This document shows, one piece after another, positions 15,783 to 29,992 of a DNA stretch of 64,000 nucleotides. How positions within the stretch are numbered: position 1 is the stretch's first letter; every line of letters begins with the position of its first letter. The stretch comes from Eledone cirrhosa. Lineage: Eukaryota. A program made the translations under genes and the position numbers. The stretch lies in NCBI GenBank assembly GCA_964016885.1, contig OZ024742.1, positions 190,526,001 through 190,590,000 on the forward strand, read 5' to 3'. The notes beneath the pieces are model-generated. The model ran no database searches, was not told the origin of the DNA, and worked only from the letters and a program-made list of their open reading frames with translations.

Positions 15783-16091
15783 CATACATATTTCTTCTTC
15801 TTCTCCTTCTTCTTCTTCTTCTTCTTGAAGCATATTTGTGTTACATCCATAGTATTTTCTCACCCTACCCCAGAGAGAGAGAGAGCAATATAGCTTGTAA
15901 AGTGCGACGTACATAAAAGCATTTCTCATGGCTGTATTTCCAAATAGAAACCATTTCGGCTGGCATACTCATTTATCCGGTAACTGTAGCAAAAAACAAA
16001 ACAAAACTAAACTAAACTAAACATAAAAACAGTACCAACGATAATAATAATAATAATAATAATAACGATGATGATGATGTTGATGATGATG

Positions 16092-16530
16092 ATAATTGTT
16101 TGTACATATGGCACAAGGCCAGCAACTTGAAGGGAAGGGAAAAGTCGATTAAATCGACCCGAGTCTATTACTGGTATTTTATTTTATCGACCCAGTAAAG
16201 ATGAAAGGCAAAGCTAGCCGCGATGGTATTTCAACTCACAATATAAAGGGCCGTAACTCAAGTAGTCGTATATTGACGATTTCTTCAGTTGGCTAAAATT
16301 ATACTCGATGCTGAGGACAATATAAGGACGAAATGCATTTGCAGTATCGGTAGATCGTCGAACAACATGCTTTATCGCATAGTGTTACGCCCCTTTGCGA
16401 TCTGAGTTGAAAACTTTGCCTTTCATCCTTACGGGGTCGATAAAATGAAGTACCAGTAATTCACTGGGGTCGAATTAATCGACTTTCCCCTCCCCCAAAA
16501 TCTTTGGTCTTGTGCCTAAATCAGAAACCA
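16092..16530. mobile_element. Two SINE family A copies, head-to-head (16092-16260 minus, 16339-16530 plus)
   Basis: Family body motifs on both strands. A longer variant with TCGACTTT(T/C)CC(C/T)TCC insert. Confidence 0.75.
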
Positions 16531-17482
16531 ATATAAGGACGAAATAATATTACAAGGCAGAGTGGAGTTTATATCGTGTAAAGAAAGGGGAATATCATCA
16601 CAGAGATAAAGTTGATAGGAAAACATTGAAATGTGTAATAAATAGTAATGATAATAGAAAACAAAAACAAATGTCGACTAGGTACTATTCCGGAATAGGT
16701 AATTCCAGAGGAAAAAAAAACAAATATAATCAGAGATAACTCTATGGCAGGGGCATGCAACAGGCGTCCACGGGCCATAATCCGACCCGCCAGACCAGTC
16801 AGAGTGGTCTGCAATGGCCGTTTCTAATTTTTACCTTGTAGGCTTATTTAGAATTTTTTCTCGTAACGTAATACAATTTTCTGGCTTCACTGATAGGGTT
16901 ATGTGTGTTATAATTTCCCAGTTCCGTGTTATTTGCCTTTACTGTTTAAAAATGTATTCACAATTCATTTAAGACTCAATTCATTGGTTATCATTAGATT
17001 ACATATTTTTGTGACAGTGACTGGCCCTAATAGTTGTTCCAATGTTCAAAAGTGTCCCATCAATGGAATATGTTGCCCATCCCTGCTCTATGACTTCACC
17101 GCCATTGAATATGTCATATCGCAGTTTCTTTCCTCATGCCCAGAAAAAGATTGTCAGATCATCTGAGAATGCTAATGCAGCTTCATCACCCTTACCACCC
17201 TCATATATCTTTCAGCGTGCTTCTCGGACTAGTCTGGCTTTTGGCATTTCCATGCTCCTCGAGCCTATCTGTAACACAACCATATCTAGAAATTTTGGAC
17301 AATATCTATAATTCCCGACCTGAAAGAACTCCAGAAGAGTCTGCTCAAACTGTCCTCGTCTAAACCCAGAATCACTTCCAGGCTATCGCCGCTCAGATTA
17401 TCGACTGAACTCTCAATCGTATTGTTTATTCTCCAACGAACTCACTGTCCAGCTATTAAACGGCCGAGAAATCCTGGCAATA

Positions 17483-17888
17483 CTCTAGATTCTAAAATAA
17501 TTGTTTCTACTATTGGCACAAGGCCAGCGAATACCAGTACATTACTGCTACTTTATTTTATCGACCCCGTAAGGATGAAAGGCAAAGTTAACCTCGGCGG
17601 GATTTGAACTCAGAATGGCAAGGGCCGTAACTCTATGCGTCAAAGCATGGTGTCCGACCCTCTACCGATACTGCCAAATCACCGCCCTCTAGATTCTAAA
17701 ATAATGGGAAGGGAGAAAGCGTTACTGGTAGTTTATTTTATCGTCCCCGTATGAATGAAAGGCAAAGCAAACTTGGTGGGATTTGAACTCAGCACGGAAA
17801 GGGACGTAACTCTATGCCACGAAGTATGGTGTCCGATGCTCAACCGATACTGCCAATACACCGCTGCCCCTCTAGATGCTAAAATAAT
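17483..17888 (-). mobile_element. Tandem pair of SINE family A copies with a triplicated 19-bp target
   Basis: CTCTAGAT(T/G)CTAAAATAAT at 17483, 17687 and 17870 brackets two minus-strand SINEs. Confidence 0.8.
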
Positions 17889-18573
17889 AACAATAACAAT
17901 AGAATGTCTAGCAAGACAGAAGGCTATCTTAATACTGTTTAAACATTGACAACGCGAACCAAATAGATGTATGCATAAAATATGAGATTTATATGTGAAA
18001 TAGAATTGATATTTACCTACTGTCAATAATGTATCACAGCTCGTTATTCTGATATCTCCAAAACATTGAGAAGCCAATTCAACAATATGATACAAATAAC
18101 ACTACCAAAGAAATTCATATCATTTTGCCCAAGATTAAAATGAAAATACCTTATTTGAAAGTGATACCAAAAGTACAGAAATTGAACATGTGATTATCAG
18201 CATAGCCTTGAACAAATAATACAAAACGGCAAGCTATATAGAAACCCAGACTTAGTCCTCAGATCTCAGAAATAAAACAGAATAAATCTTAAGTGCGTTA
18301 CGAAGAAAATACGTTTCTAAACTAAATGCTTATATAAAAAAATGACACCAAGAATGAAAGCGACAACAATAAGGGATACAAACCTGGTTGTTATAGACTT
18401 TATCACAAAGAACCAATCAAATAGACGACTATTTCTTTCTTCCTGGTTGCAGAGAGCTATATTGTCTAACTATGGGTTTATTTTGATAGCAAGGCTAAAC
18501 ATAGGCTTATGAAACATATGACAATAACGAATCTATACACTTATATAGACAACACACACACACATATATATGC

Positions 18574-18659
<86 letters not shown>

Positions 18660-18689
18660 TTGTATATATATATATATGTATATATATAA

Positions 18690-18735
<46 letters not shown>

Positions 18736-18812
18736 GTACATATATATACATTGTTTATCGTGACTAAGACATAAATACTTGCATTTAATGTCGATATTGC
18801 GGGTTCTATAGA

Positions 18813-18896
<84 letters not shown>

Positions 18897-18911
18897 ATAT
18901 ATATATATGTG

Positions 18912-19126
<215 letters not shown>

Positions 19127-19394
19127 GAATATATATATTGATATTAATATTCATATCAATTCATTTCTGATTGTAAAAAAATCTAATAATAATATTAATA
19201 AATGTATGGAAGGATGACAGGAAATGTGTTAACTTAAACATTTGCTATGCCATTACCCGAAATTGACTTGCTTCACAATACGAATAACAACCCCGCACAG
19301 ACACACATAACACACTCAAACATACACGCGTTTACGTACACACACACACATAAAAATACACGCGAATATTTACACAAACACGAACACATTTACA

Positions 19395-19452
<58 letters not shown>

Positions 19453-19490
19453 TACACATACATTCTCTCTCTCACTCTCTCTCTCACACA

Positions 19491-19530
<40 letters not shown>

Positions 19531-19733
19531 TACATTCTCTCTCTCTCCCTCACACACACACATTCTCGCTCTCTCACGCATACTAACACTCTCTCTCTCC
19601 CACACACACACATTCTCTCTCTCACACATCCGCTCTCTCTCTCTCTCTCTCGCACACACCCAGACGTACATACAAATACATCACATACAAATACATAGAA
19701 ACAAACAAAAATTGTTTTCATACATGATATTTC

Positions 19734-19849
19734 CCACACCGCCAAACGTCAAATAGGAACGTCCACACCGCCAAACGTCAAATAGGAACGTCCACACCGC
19801 GAAACGTCAAATAGGAACGTCCACACCGCCAAACGTCAAATAGGAACGT
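19734..19849 (+). repeat. 29-bp minisatellite x4
   Basis: CCACACCGCCAAACGTCAAATAGGAACGT repeated four times with no spacers. Confidence 0.95.
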
Positions 19850-19909
19850 TTATCCCTTCCCCACTCGTCGACCCCACCTTTGTATTATTCTTTCTCCTTA
19901 TTGGAAAGT

Positions 19910-20732
19910 GACAACAACAACAACCACAACAACAACACCAACTACTACACCAGCATTGACAGTATCATTAATAATAGCTTCAACGACAGTATCAACAACA
20001 ACAATAACAACAACAACAACAGCAACAACAATAACAACAACAGCAACAGCAGCAACAACAACAACCACAACAACAACACCAACTACTACACCAGCATTGA
20101 CAGTATCATTAATAATAGCTTCAACCACAGTATCAACAACAACAATAACAACAACAACAACAACAACAACAACAATAACAACAATAACAACAACAGCAGC
20201 AGCAACAACAACAACTACAACAACAACATCAACAAAATGAAAATAACACCAACTACTACACCAGCATTGACAGCATCATCAGCGATAGCATCAATAAGAG
20301 TAACAACAACAACCACAACAAAAACAACACCAACTAGTACACTAACATCGACAGTATCATTAATAATTACTTCAACTACAGTAACAACAACAACAAAAAC
20401 AACACCAACAGCAAAAACAACACCACCAACAACAGCAAAAAAATAACACTAACTACTACATCAACAGTAACAACAACAGTAACAACAACAACAACAGCAC
20501 CACCACCAACAACAACAATAACAACTACACCAACTCCACCACCACCAACAAGAGCAACAGAAACAACACCACCACCAACAACAACAACAACAACAACACC
20601 ACCAACAACAACAACAACAACACCAACTCCACAACCACCACCACCAACAACAACAACACCAACTCCACCACCACCAACAACAACTACACCAACTCCACCA
20701 CCACCAACAAGAGCAACAGAAACAACACCACC

Positions 20733-20764
<32 letters not shown>

Positions 20765-21029
20765 CACCAACTCCACCACCACCACCACCAACAACAACTA
20801 CACCAACTCCACCACCACCAACAACAGCAACAGAAACAGCACCACCACCAACACCACCAACAACAACAACAACAGCACCACCACCACCACCACCACCACC
20901 ACCACCAACAACAACACCAACTCCACCACCACCAACAACAACACCACCAACACCACCACCAACAACAACAGCAACAGAAACAGCACCACCACCACCACCG
21001 CCAACAACAACAACAACAACAGCACCACC

Positions 21030-21061
<32 letters not shown>

Positions 21062-21140
21062 CACCAACTTCACCACCACCAACACCAACAACAACAACAC
21101 CACCACCACCACCGCCAACAACAACAACAACAACAACAGC

Positions 21141-21171
<31 letters not shown>

Positions 21172-21562
21172 CCAACTCCAACACCACCAACAACAGCAAC
21201 AGAAACAGCACCACCACCACCATCACCGCCAACAACAACAACAACAACACCACCACCACTACCACCACCACCATAACCAACACCAACAACAACAACAACT
21301 CCACCAACACCAACAACAACAACACCAACTCCAACACCACCAACAACAGCAACAGAAACAGCACCACCACTACCACCAACAACAACAACACCAACTCCAC
21401 TACCAACACCAACAACAACACCAACACCACCATAACAACAACAACAAAAACAAAAACAACAAAAATAACACCAACTAATACACCAATATCGACAGTATCA
21501 TCAACGACGTCTTCAGCACAACACTACCACCATCACCACCGCCACCACCAACAACAACAACA
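19910..21562 (+). repeat. Compound (CAA/CCA/CAG)n low-complexity tract
   Basis: Trinucleotide mosaic with recurrent ACACCAACTACTACACCAGCATTGACAG units. Confidence 0.9.
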
Positions 21563-21846
21563 CCCTATTCCATGCCCAATAATCTTATTACTTATTGATT
21601 GGTGGCCATATATCTATTTCACAGATTCCCAAGTAATATCTAGAGTAAGAAGAGAATATACTTTTACCTTATAAACTATATTCAACCAAATAATATATTA
21701 TCATTATTATTATTGGAAAAGTGTTTTCTAAGCAATTTTCTAGAAAGCAGCCATTTTCTCTTTTCACCGAACAATAAACCTTTATTAATCACCGTTATTA
21801 TTAATATTATTATTGTTATCATTGTTATTATAATTGTTATTATCAT

Positions 21847-22123
21847 TCTTCTTCTTCTTCTTCTTCTTCTTCTTCTTCTTCTTCTTCTTCTTCTTCTTCT
21901 TCTTCTTCTTCTTCTTCTTCTTCTTCTTCTTCTTCTTCTTCTTCGTCGTCGTCTTCTTCTTCTTCTTCTTCTTTTTTTTCTTCTTCTTCTTCTTCTTCTT
22001 CTTCTTCTTCTTCTTCTTCTTCTTCTTCTTCTTCTTCTTCTTCTTCTTCTTCTCCTCCTCCTCCTCCTCCTCCTCCTCCTCCTCCTCCTCCTCCTCCTCC
22101 TTCTTCTTCTTCTTCTTCTTCTT
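21847..22123 (+). repeat. (CTT)n/(CCT)n microsatellite
   Basis: Direct. Similar tracts at 9689-9803, 15792-15825 and 54873-55027. Confidence 0.95.
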
Positions 22124-22208
22124 GAAGCATATCCGTGTTACATCCATAGCATTTTCTCATCCTCCCCCATCCAAACACCTACCTGCAACATATGTGACAG
22201 TTATTGCT

Positions 22209-22262
<54 letters not shown>

Positions 22263-22325
22263 GAGCGAAAGAGAGAGAGCAAGAGGGAGAGTGAGAGAGA
22301 AATAGAGACAGAGAGTGTGTGTGAG

Positions 22326-22380
<55 letters not shown>

Positions 22381-23045
22381 AATAGAGACAGAGAGTGTGT
22401 GTGAGTGCGAGAGAGAGAGAGAGTGAGAGAGAGAGAAGTGTTAATGTGACGTTAGCTCTGGTATTTATTGGTCGGCCCTCTCCGTTAACAAATAGTATAA
22501 ATATTATTGAGATTTATTATTACTGAAATAATTGTGTGAATGATAGTTGTTTGAGTTAAAGAAACCTATTCATGGTTTCTTAAAGTCTGGACAAGTGAGA
22601 TAATAAAGGGATTGGTATATTGAGAATTGGTGGAAAAGATAGAGAGCGTGAGGGAGGAATAATTGTAGGAAGACGGAATACGCACAAACACACACACAAA
22701 CATGCACGCACACAACACCACACATCAGACACACACACACATATATATATATATATGGAAAAGAGTCAGGACCCCGATGGCTGAGCTCCGGCCGTTTCGA
22801 CAGCTGAGCTGGATCCGAATATATATATATAGAGATATGTAATAAACAACATAAGATAATTATTTCATTTACCAGCGGTTTCTTGAAAGCAAAAGAAATT
22901 TGCTTTCAGTCATCAAAATGAAAAAATCGTGGTGTATTTATTGACAGTGGATTTTAAAACCAAAAATATAATCTATATGAAAGTGAGGCTGGAAAAGGAA
23001 GAAGGAAAGGAAACAGAATAAATATAAAAGTAGATAAACACACAT

Positions 23046-23143
<98 letters not shown>

Positions 23144-23344
23144 GCGCGCACACACATATACATTCATACATATATAAATATATATATATATACACATATA
23201 TATACATATATATACACATATATATATATACACATATATACACATACACACATACATATATATATATATATGGATACATACATACATATATACATACACA
23301 TCCATACATACACATACATACAAATACACAAACACACACACACA

Positions 23345-23394
<50 letters not shown>

Positions 23395-23797
23395 CATATA
23401 TATACATATACACACACATATAATCATACATATATACACACGTACATATACACACATACATACACACATATATATACGCATACATACGCACACACATATA
23501 TAGATATATGTACACACACCTACATACGCACACACACAATTAATTATAATAAAAAATAATAATAATAAATAAATAAAGATAAAAATAAAAGACAATGGAC
23601 AGCCATATATGCAATAGGCCGTCACATCAAAATAAAAATAAAAAATAAAAAATATACGACTTAAGAAAATAAAAATAAAAATTATTATAAAGTTGACAGC
23701 GATAGAGGAAAGGACACAAATAAATAAACACACGTTTACACAGACATTTACACATACACATACATACATATAAATATATACATACATACACACACAC

Positions 23798-23858
<61 letters not shown>

Positions 23859-23883
23859 TACACACACATACAGATATACACAC

Positions 23884-23916
<33 letters not shown>

Positions 23917-24180
23917 TACACACACATATATATATAAGAAAATACATAAATATCATATATATATATATATAAATAAAAAAGGTGGAAGTGGTAAACAAAT
24001 AGTTGGGAATACGACAAATAATAAATAAATAAATAAATAGATTAAGGTATAAATGTTTATAGCTGATTCAGAGCACTCAACAAGTTCCTAGAGCAAATAA
24101 TCTATGAAAATAAACATTAAATCACTCTGTATGTAAGTATGAATACAGATATATATAAAATTATATACACACACATATAT

Positions 24181-24265
<85 letters not shown>

Positions 24266-26352
24266 TATATATACACACATACTCATCTACACAACACACA
24301 CATACACACAGAAATAAATATCTATAATTAAAAAGGTGGGTATGTAAAGGGTAAGGTAGAAAGTAGGGGGGAATAAGGAAAATAAATAACAGGAAAAAGT
24401 TTAAATATAAGGGGAGATAAGGCAGAAAAAGAATATGAGAGTATAGAAAGTGAGTTCAGAGAGTAATAAAAATCGTAGTGGATGTAAGGCGTAGGGGGCA
24501 GAGAAGAAGTTCAAGGTGGTTGAGTCATCGTAGGAATGTCAATACAGTTACAGATCAGATGTGATTTCAGGTGAGGACAACATCTGAAGATCTCGGGCTT
24601 TCAAATTTTTTAGAATCCTAAATTTTTCAGTAGTACACAATGAACAATACTTTGTGCCCCTTTGGTATTCCCTCGAATGGTCTAAAATAGACCAATCGAT
24701 AGAGTACGGGATGTTTTTATCTTTGAATTCCCACACCTTTTTTGCGAGAGCCGTTGCTGTTCTTTTATCAGAGTGTTTAAAAGAAATGACATGTGCATAA
24801 AACCTGGTTTTGAAGCTGTCCTGGCTGGCTGGTTGTTATTTAAAGGTGTCACTTTGGCCTCATATAACACGGATTTGGTATTACATTTGCCCTGTAATGG
24901 GCATTCATCCGGCTTCCTGCAACTGCATCCTGGATGTATTCTCGTACGATTAGAATTGGTGATTTTAGAGTTCATTGATGGGCAGCAAGAGTAACTGATT
25001 TTAACTACATTTCTATTAAATATCTTATGATATCTATGATTAGGAGGAAAATGTTTGTCTAAGAGGTCAAGGAATTTCCTTCCTACATTAGTTTTGACAG
25101 TTAGACAGAAGGGGGGGGGGGGGGGGGGAGGGTGTAAACCAAATACTTTTCCTTTTCCTATTATTGTGGTTAGTTTTAGGGGGAGGAGTAGGTAGATATT
25201 TAATGTGTTCTGTAAATCCGCGGTTATTAAGGGCTTTATTAAAAATCCGCTGTTATTAAGGGCTTTGTTAAAAATGTCTAGAGACGAAGATAAGGTAGAA
25301 ATGCTACGGCTAATGTTGGGAATAAGATTTTAAAAAACTATAGAGGGGTGGCAGGACTCTTTGTGTATATATCTAAAATTTTCGTTAGGTTTATGATAAG
25401 GTTTAAAAGAGGCAGTAAGTAGATCAAAATTAATGTCAAGAAAGTTAGCATTGGTAAGGCTCGTATCTATAGTAATTTTAAGGTTAGGATTAGCAAAAGT
25501 ATTGATTAAATCTTTACGGAATTTATCAAGGTTATAACTTGGTATGAGAAACTGCCAATCCGTCGTCACGGTATAAACCGATATTATGGGAAGGAAATTT
25601 CTCTTTAAGGGTGTGGAGAAAGAATAACCCTACTAAGTCACACCCATCCGCACTGTCATATGAACCCATTGCAAAATAAAAGAGTTTTCAGGGTTTGACT
25701 TTTTAACCCAAATATTTTCATTAGTAAAGAGTAGAGTTTTCCTAGCATGAAAGATAATGTCTTCTTCTAATTTAGAAATATTAATGAAGGGTCATGCAAA
25801 ATCTAAGGCTTTAGTTAATAAGGAAACAGTAATAGAGGGCTGAAAATCAACAATATCAAATTGGGTAAATCTACACTTATTTTTACCTTGTATATTATTA
25901 AACCAAGAAATAACAGAGGATGTATTTAACCATTGTGATAAGTCAGTCTTAGTTCTAATTTGGAGAATTATTTTTCTTAAGATTTTTTACTTGCAAGGCC
26001 AACTTCAGATGTTGTCCTAACCTGAAATCACATCTGATCTGTAACTGGATTGACATTGCTACGATGACTCAACCACCTTGAACTTCATCTCTGCCCTCTA
26101 CGCCTTACATCCACTACGATTTTTATTACTCTCTGAACTCACTTTCTGTACTCTCATATTCAGTTTCTCCCTTATCTCCCCTTATATTTAAACTTTTTCC
26201 TATGTTATTTATTTTCCTTATTCCCCCCTACTTTCTACCCTACCCTTTACATACCCACCTTTTTAATTATAGATATTTATTTCTGTTTGTATGTATGTGT
26301 TGTGTATATGTGTATGTGTGTGTGTATATATCTATATCTATCTATCTATCTA

Positions 26353-26421
<69 letters not shown>

Positions 26422-26650
26422 ATATATGTGTGTGTATATAATTTTATATATATCTGTATGCATAATTACATAGAGTGATTTAATGTTTATTTTCATTGAT
26501 CATTTGCTCTAGGAACATGTTGAGTGCTCTGAATAAGCTATAAACATTTATAGCTTTATCTATTTATTTATTTATTACTGTCGTATTCCCAACTATTTGT
26601 TTACCCTTCCACCTTTTTGTTTATATATATATATAATATTTATGTATTTT

Positions 26651-26693
<43 letters not shown>

Positions 26694-26699
<6 letters not shown>

Positions 26700-27032
26700 G
26701 TGAGGTTTTTTTTACAAAATGAAAAATAACCGAGGTGTCCTACACGAGTGAAAGTATAAAGAAAAAGAGATGAAATCGAAAATGCAACTGGGATCTTATT
26801 TAAAAAAAATATATATATATTTATTTGGTTCCTTTACTGTTTTCGCAGTTCTTCTGCTTTTCAAAAGGTGAGTTGAGATGGAGGGTCTGTGGTTTTTCTC
26901 ACAGACCCTCCATCTCAACTCACCTTTTGAAAAGCAGAAGAACTGCGAAACCGGTAAAGGAACCAAATAAATATATATATTTAAAAAAAAAATAAGACTC
27001 CAGTTGCATTTTCGATTTCATCTCTTTTTCTA
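26694..27032. repeat. Solo fold-back of the terminal repeat of the 35.4-40.6 kb PLE
   Basis: 26694-26903 matches 35435-35644. Inverted arm 26900-27032. Confidence 0.9.
26923..26960 (+). ncRNA. Minimal type I hammerhead with U3:A8 covariant core
   Basis: CCTT-TTGAAAA-GCAG aagaa CTGC-GAAA-CCGG-TA-AAGG. Confidence 0.8.
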
Positions 27033-27247
27033 TAAATATATATATATATACAAATATATTACACAAATAGAAGTGTGTTACACAGTGAAATGTGTGTAAA
27101 GGATTATTACAAGTGATTTTTACCGTTACTGTATAGAAAACAATATCTATAGGTTTAGCAATTAAATATATATATATGCATGTGTGTGTGTTTGTGTATT
27201 TGTGTGTATGTATGGAGGATATGTATGTATATATGTATCTATGTATG

Positions 27248-27314
<67 letters not shown>

Positions 27315-27393
27315 AAACGATCGTAAAATGATGAATTTTTTTAATATAAGGAACTGTTTCTTTGTTTTTATTCATTAATTTTATTAATTTATA

Positions 27394-27495
<102 letters not shown>

Positions 27496-27728
27496 TGTAT
27501 GTATGTGTATGTATGTATGTATGTGTATATATGTGTGTATGTATATGTGTAAATATGTGTATATATATTTATGTATATATGTGTGTATGTATATGCGTGT
27601 GTGTGCATGTGTGTTTATCTACTTTTATATTTATTTTGTTTCCCTTCCTTCTTCCTTTTCCAGCCTCACTTTTATATAGGTTATATTTTTGGTTTTAAAA
27701 TCCACTGTCAATCAATACAACAGGATTT

Positions 27729-27789
27729 TTTCATTCTGATGACTGAAAGCAAATTTCTTTTGCTTCCAAGAAACCACTGGTAAATGAAA
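27729..27789 (+). ncRNA. Type I hammerhead ribozyme motif
   Basis: TTTCATT-CTGATGA-ct-GAAAGCAAA tttct TTTGCTTCC-aa-GAAA-CCA c TGG-TA-AATGAAA. Antisense copy at 22863-22923. Confidence 0.8.
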
Positions 27790-27881
27790 TAATTCTCTTA
27801 TGTTCCTTATTACATAACTATTAAGCTCAGTAACCTACATAGAGCACTTTTTTTTCCTGACTTTTCGGATGGAATTACTTC

Positions 27882-27990
<109 letters not shown>

Positions 27991-28005
27991 CATATGTACA
28001 CACAC

Positions 28006-28081
<76 letters not shown>

Positions 28082-28395
28082 AGGAAGTTATAGTTCACTT
28101 AAAGCCTTGTGTAATAAGGTATAAACGTTTGTATTTGTAAAGCCAAGACAATGCAGGTATGGACATTTAGGTATAGACATATCTTCTCACACTCACACAC
28201 ACACACATACTTACACCTTCACGCATTCTCCCACACACTTAAACAGGCATGTACAAAAAGCCCCTGTTAATGGGAGACTACTATTTATCCACATAACCTT
28301 AACTCTTTGACATTAGAGATAGAACAGATACCCTATACCATTTCCTGTCAGCATGACTTGGCAAGGTATTTAGAAAACTGGTTTAACCGCTTTAC

Positions 28396-28435
28396 ATCCC
28401 TCCGAAGAAGAGATATTATCTCGAAAATTAAGGAT
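28396..28435 (+). ncRNA. Degenerate minimal hammerhead motif
   Basis: CCT-CCGAAGA (U4C)-A-GAGAT att ATCTC-GAAA-AT-TA-AGG. Confidence 0.55.
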
Positions 28436-28542
28436 ATTTAAATAAATCAAAGGTAAAAGACTAATTGTCAACAATATCTTTTGCATATGCATTCTTTATT
28501 CTATGTCCATACCTGCAATGTCTTGGCTTTACAAATACAAAC

Positions 28543-28605
<63 letters not shown>

Positions 28606-29587
28606 GGTTATGTATACATCCAAGAATAGACACAAAGTTATTTGCCCCAATGGGTACCATAAATTTATACCTGTACTTCTGCCACACTTAATGCAGTAAG
28701 AAAGCGAACAGTATCAATTGTCATCATTTATTATGCAACAATGCAAAATCCACGCATGTGGCTTCATCAGTGCCTATTCAATAACCAATCGATCAACAGG
28801 ATTCGATTCCAGTCAGTGTGCTGGCTATGGCAGTAAATGCGACAGGTGACACAATATTAGGGCAGTAACTGGAATCTCCCCCCCCCCCCCCACCATGTCA
28901 TCAAAATACCGTCAACCGATTGGGTACTGCTTCAGAAATTTACGTGATAGCCAGGAGTCGAGATTCCTTGCTTCGACCCCCTCCATAAGCACTCAACCAA
29001 CACATGAGTCTTCCAGCGCATCTCCCTTCCCATCCTCCGGGGAAAAGCCTTCTCCTCCATTCTATCCGCGGGTGACAGTGGAAGTGCGGCTCTTCCGTGT
29101 TCAGACATATTTATCAATTCTGTGTTGCTGTTGATACTTAAAGTTTACTTATTGAGACATATCTCAAATCAAACACAAATAAACACGTGAGTGAAAAAAT
29201 CGGCCATTAGAGAAAAAAAAAGAATCTTTCTCGAAGTACTATGGCAAATGTAGTGCGACAGTAAACAATGGTAGTCTCTAAAACCTTTCCGGACATTAAA
29301 TGCCAGCAGGCAATTAGACAGCGATACAGAGTTAGCATGCTGGTTAGAATTTGAATTCAGAATATTCAGACTAATCAATTTCACAACGTATGTGGGTCAA
29401 TAGGTGAGTGAGAGAGAAAAGATAGACCGCGTATTAGAGTGTAGATTAAATAAAACACAATAAAATACGTGGAAAGTGGTTTAACTTACTCTCAGTGTAA
29501 ATCTGCGAGTTGGGAGAAAAGTAATAATAAGAGGTTTATCTCCCCCCCCCCCACTTATGACCACATTGAGTATACACACACACACAT

Positions 29588-29686
<99 letters not shown>

Positions 29687-29919
29687 CACACACACACACA
29701 CAGACACATATATATATATATATATTTATATATATTTAATATAGAAATGGCTTCTGCAGGACTAGAACTGTTTCATTCGGAGGAAGCAGTTCTATATAAT
29801 TCTGTAGAAGCCAGTTCTATATTAAATATTTATACACTCTGCAATGTATTGAGTACCTTAATTACTGTGGTTACCTCCGATTGAACTCGGGATAATCGTT
29901 TATATATATACACAGACAG

Positions 29920-29967
<48 letters not shown>

Positions 29968-29992
29968 ATATATATATATATATATATATATA

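Noticed and set aside
16747-16815. hAT-like terminus CAGGGGCATGCAAC..GCGTCCACGGGCC
   Set aside because: No matching opposite TIR or TSD was found, so it is too degraded to call.
19734-19849. CRISPR-like 29-bp repeats
   Set aside because: There are no spacers, no cas genes, and the context is eukaryotic. It is a minisatellite.
19880-21433. Asn/Thr/Pro-rich or Leu/Val-rich ORFs
   Set aside because: They come from a trinucleotide repeat mosaic with no domain or splice support.
28740-29450. Unique-looking sequence with short ORFs
   Set aside because: No recognisable protein motif or consistent exon structure.
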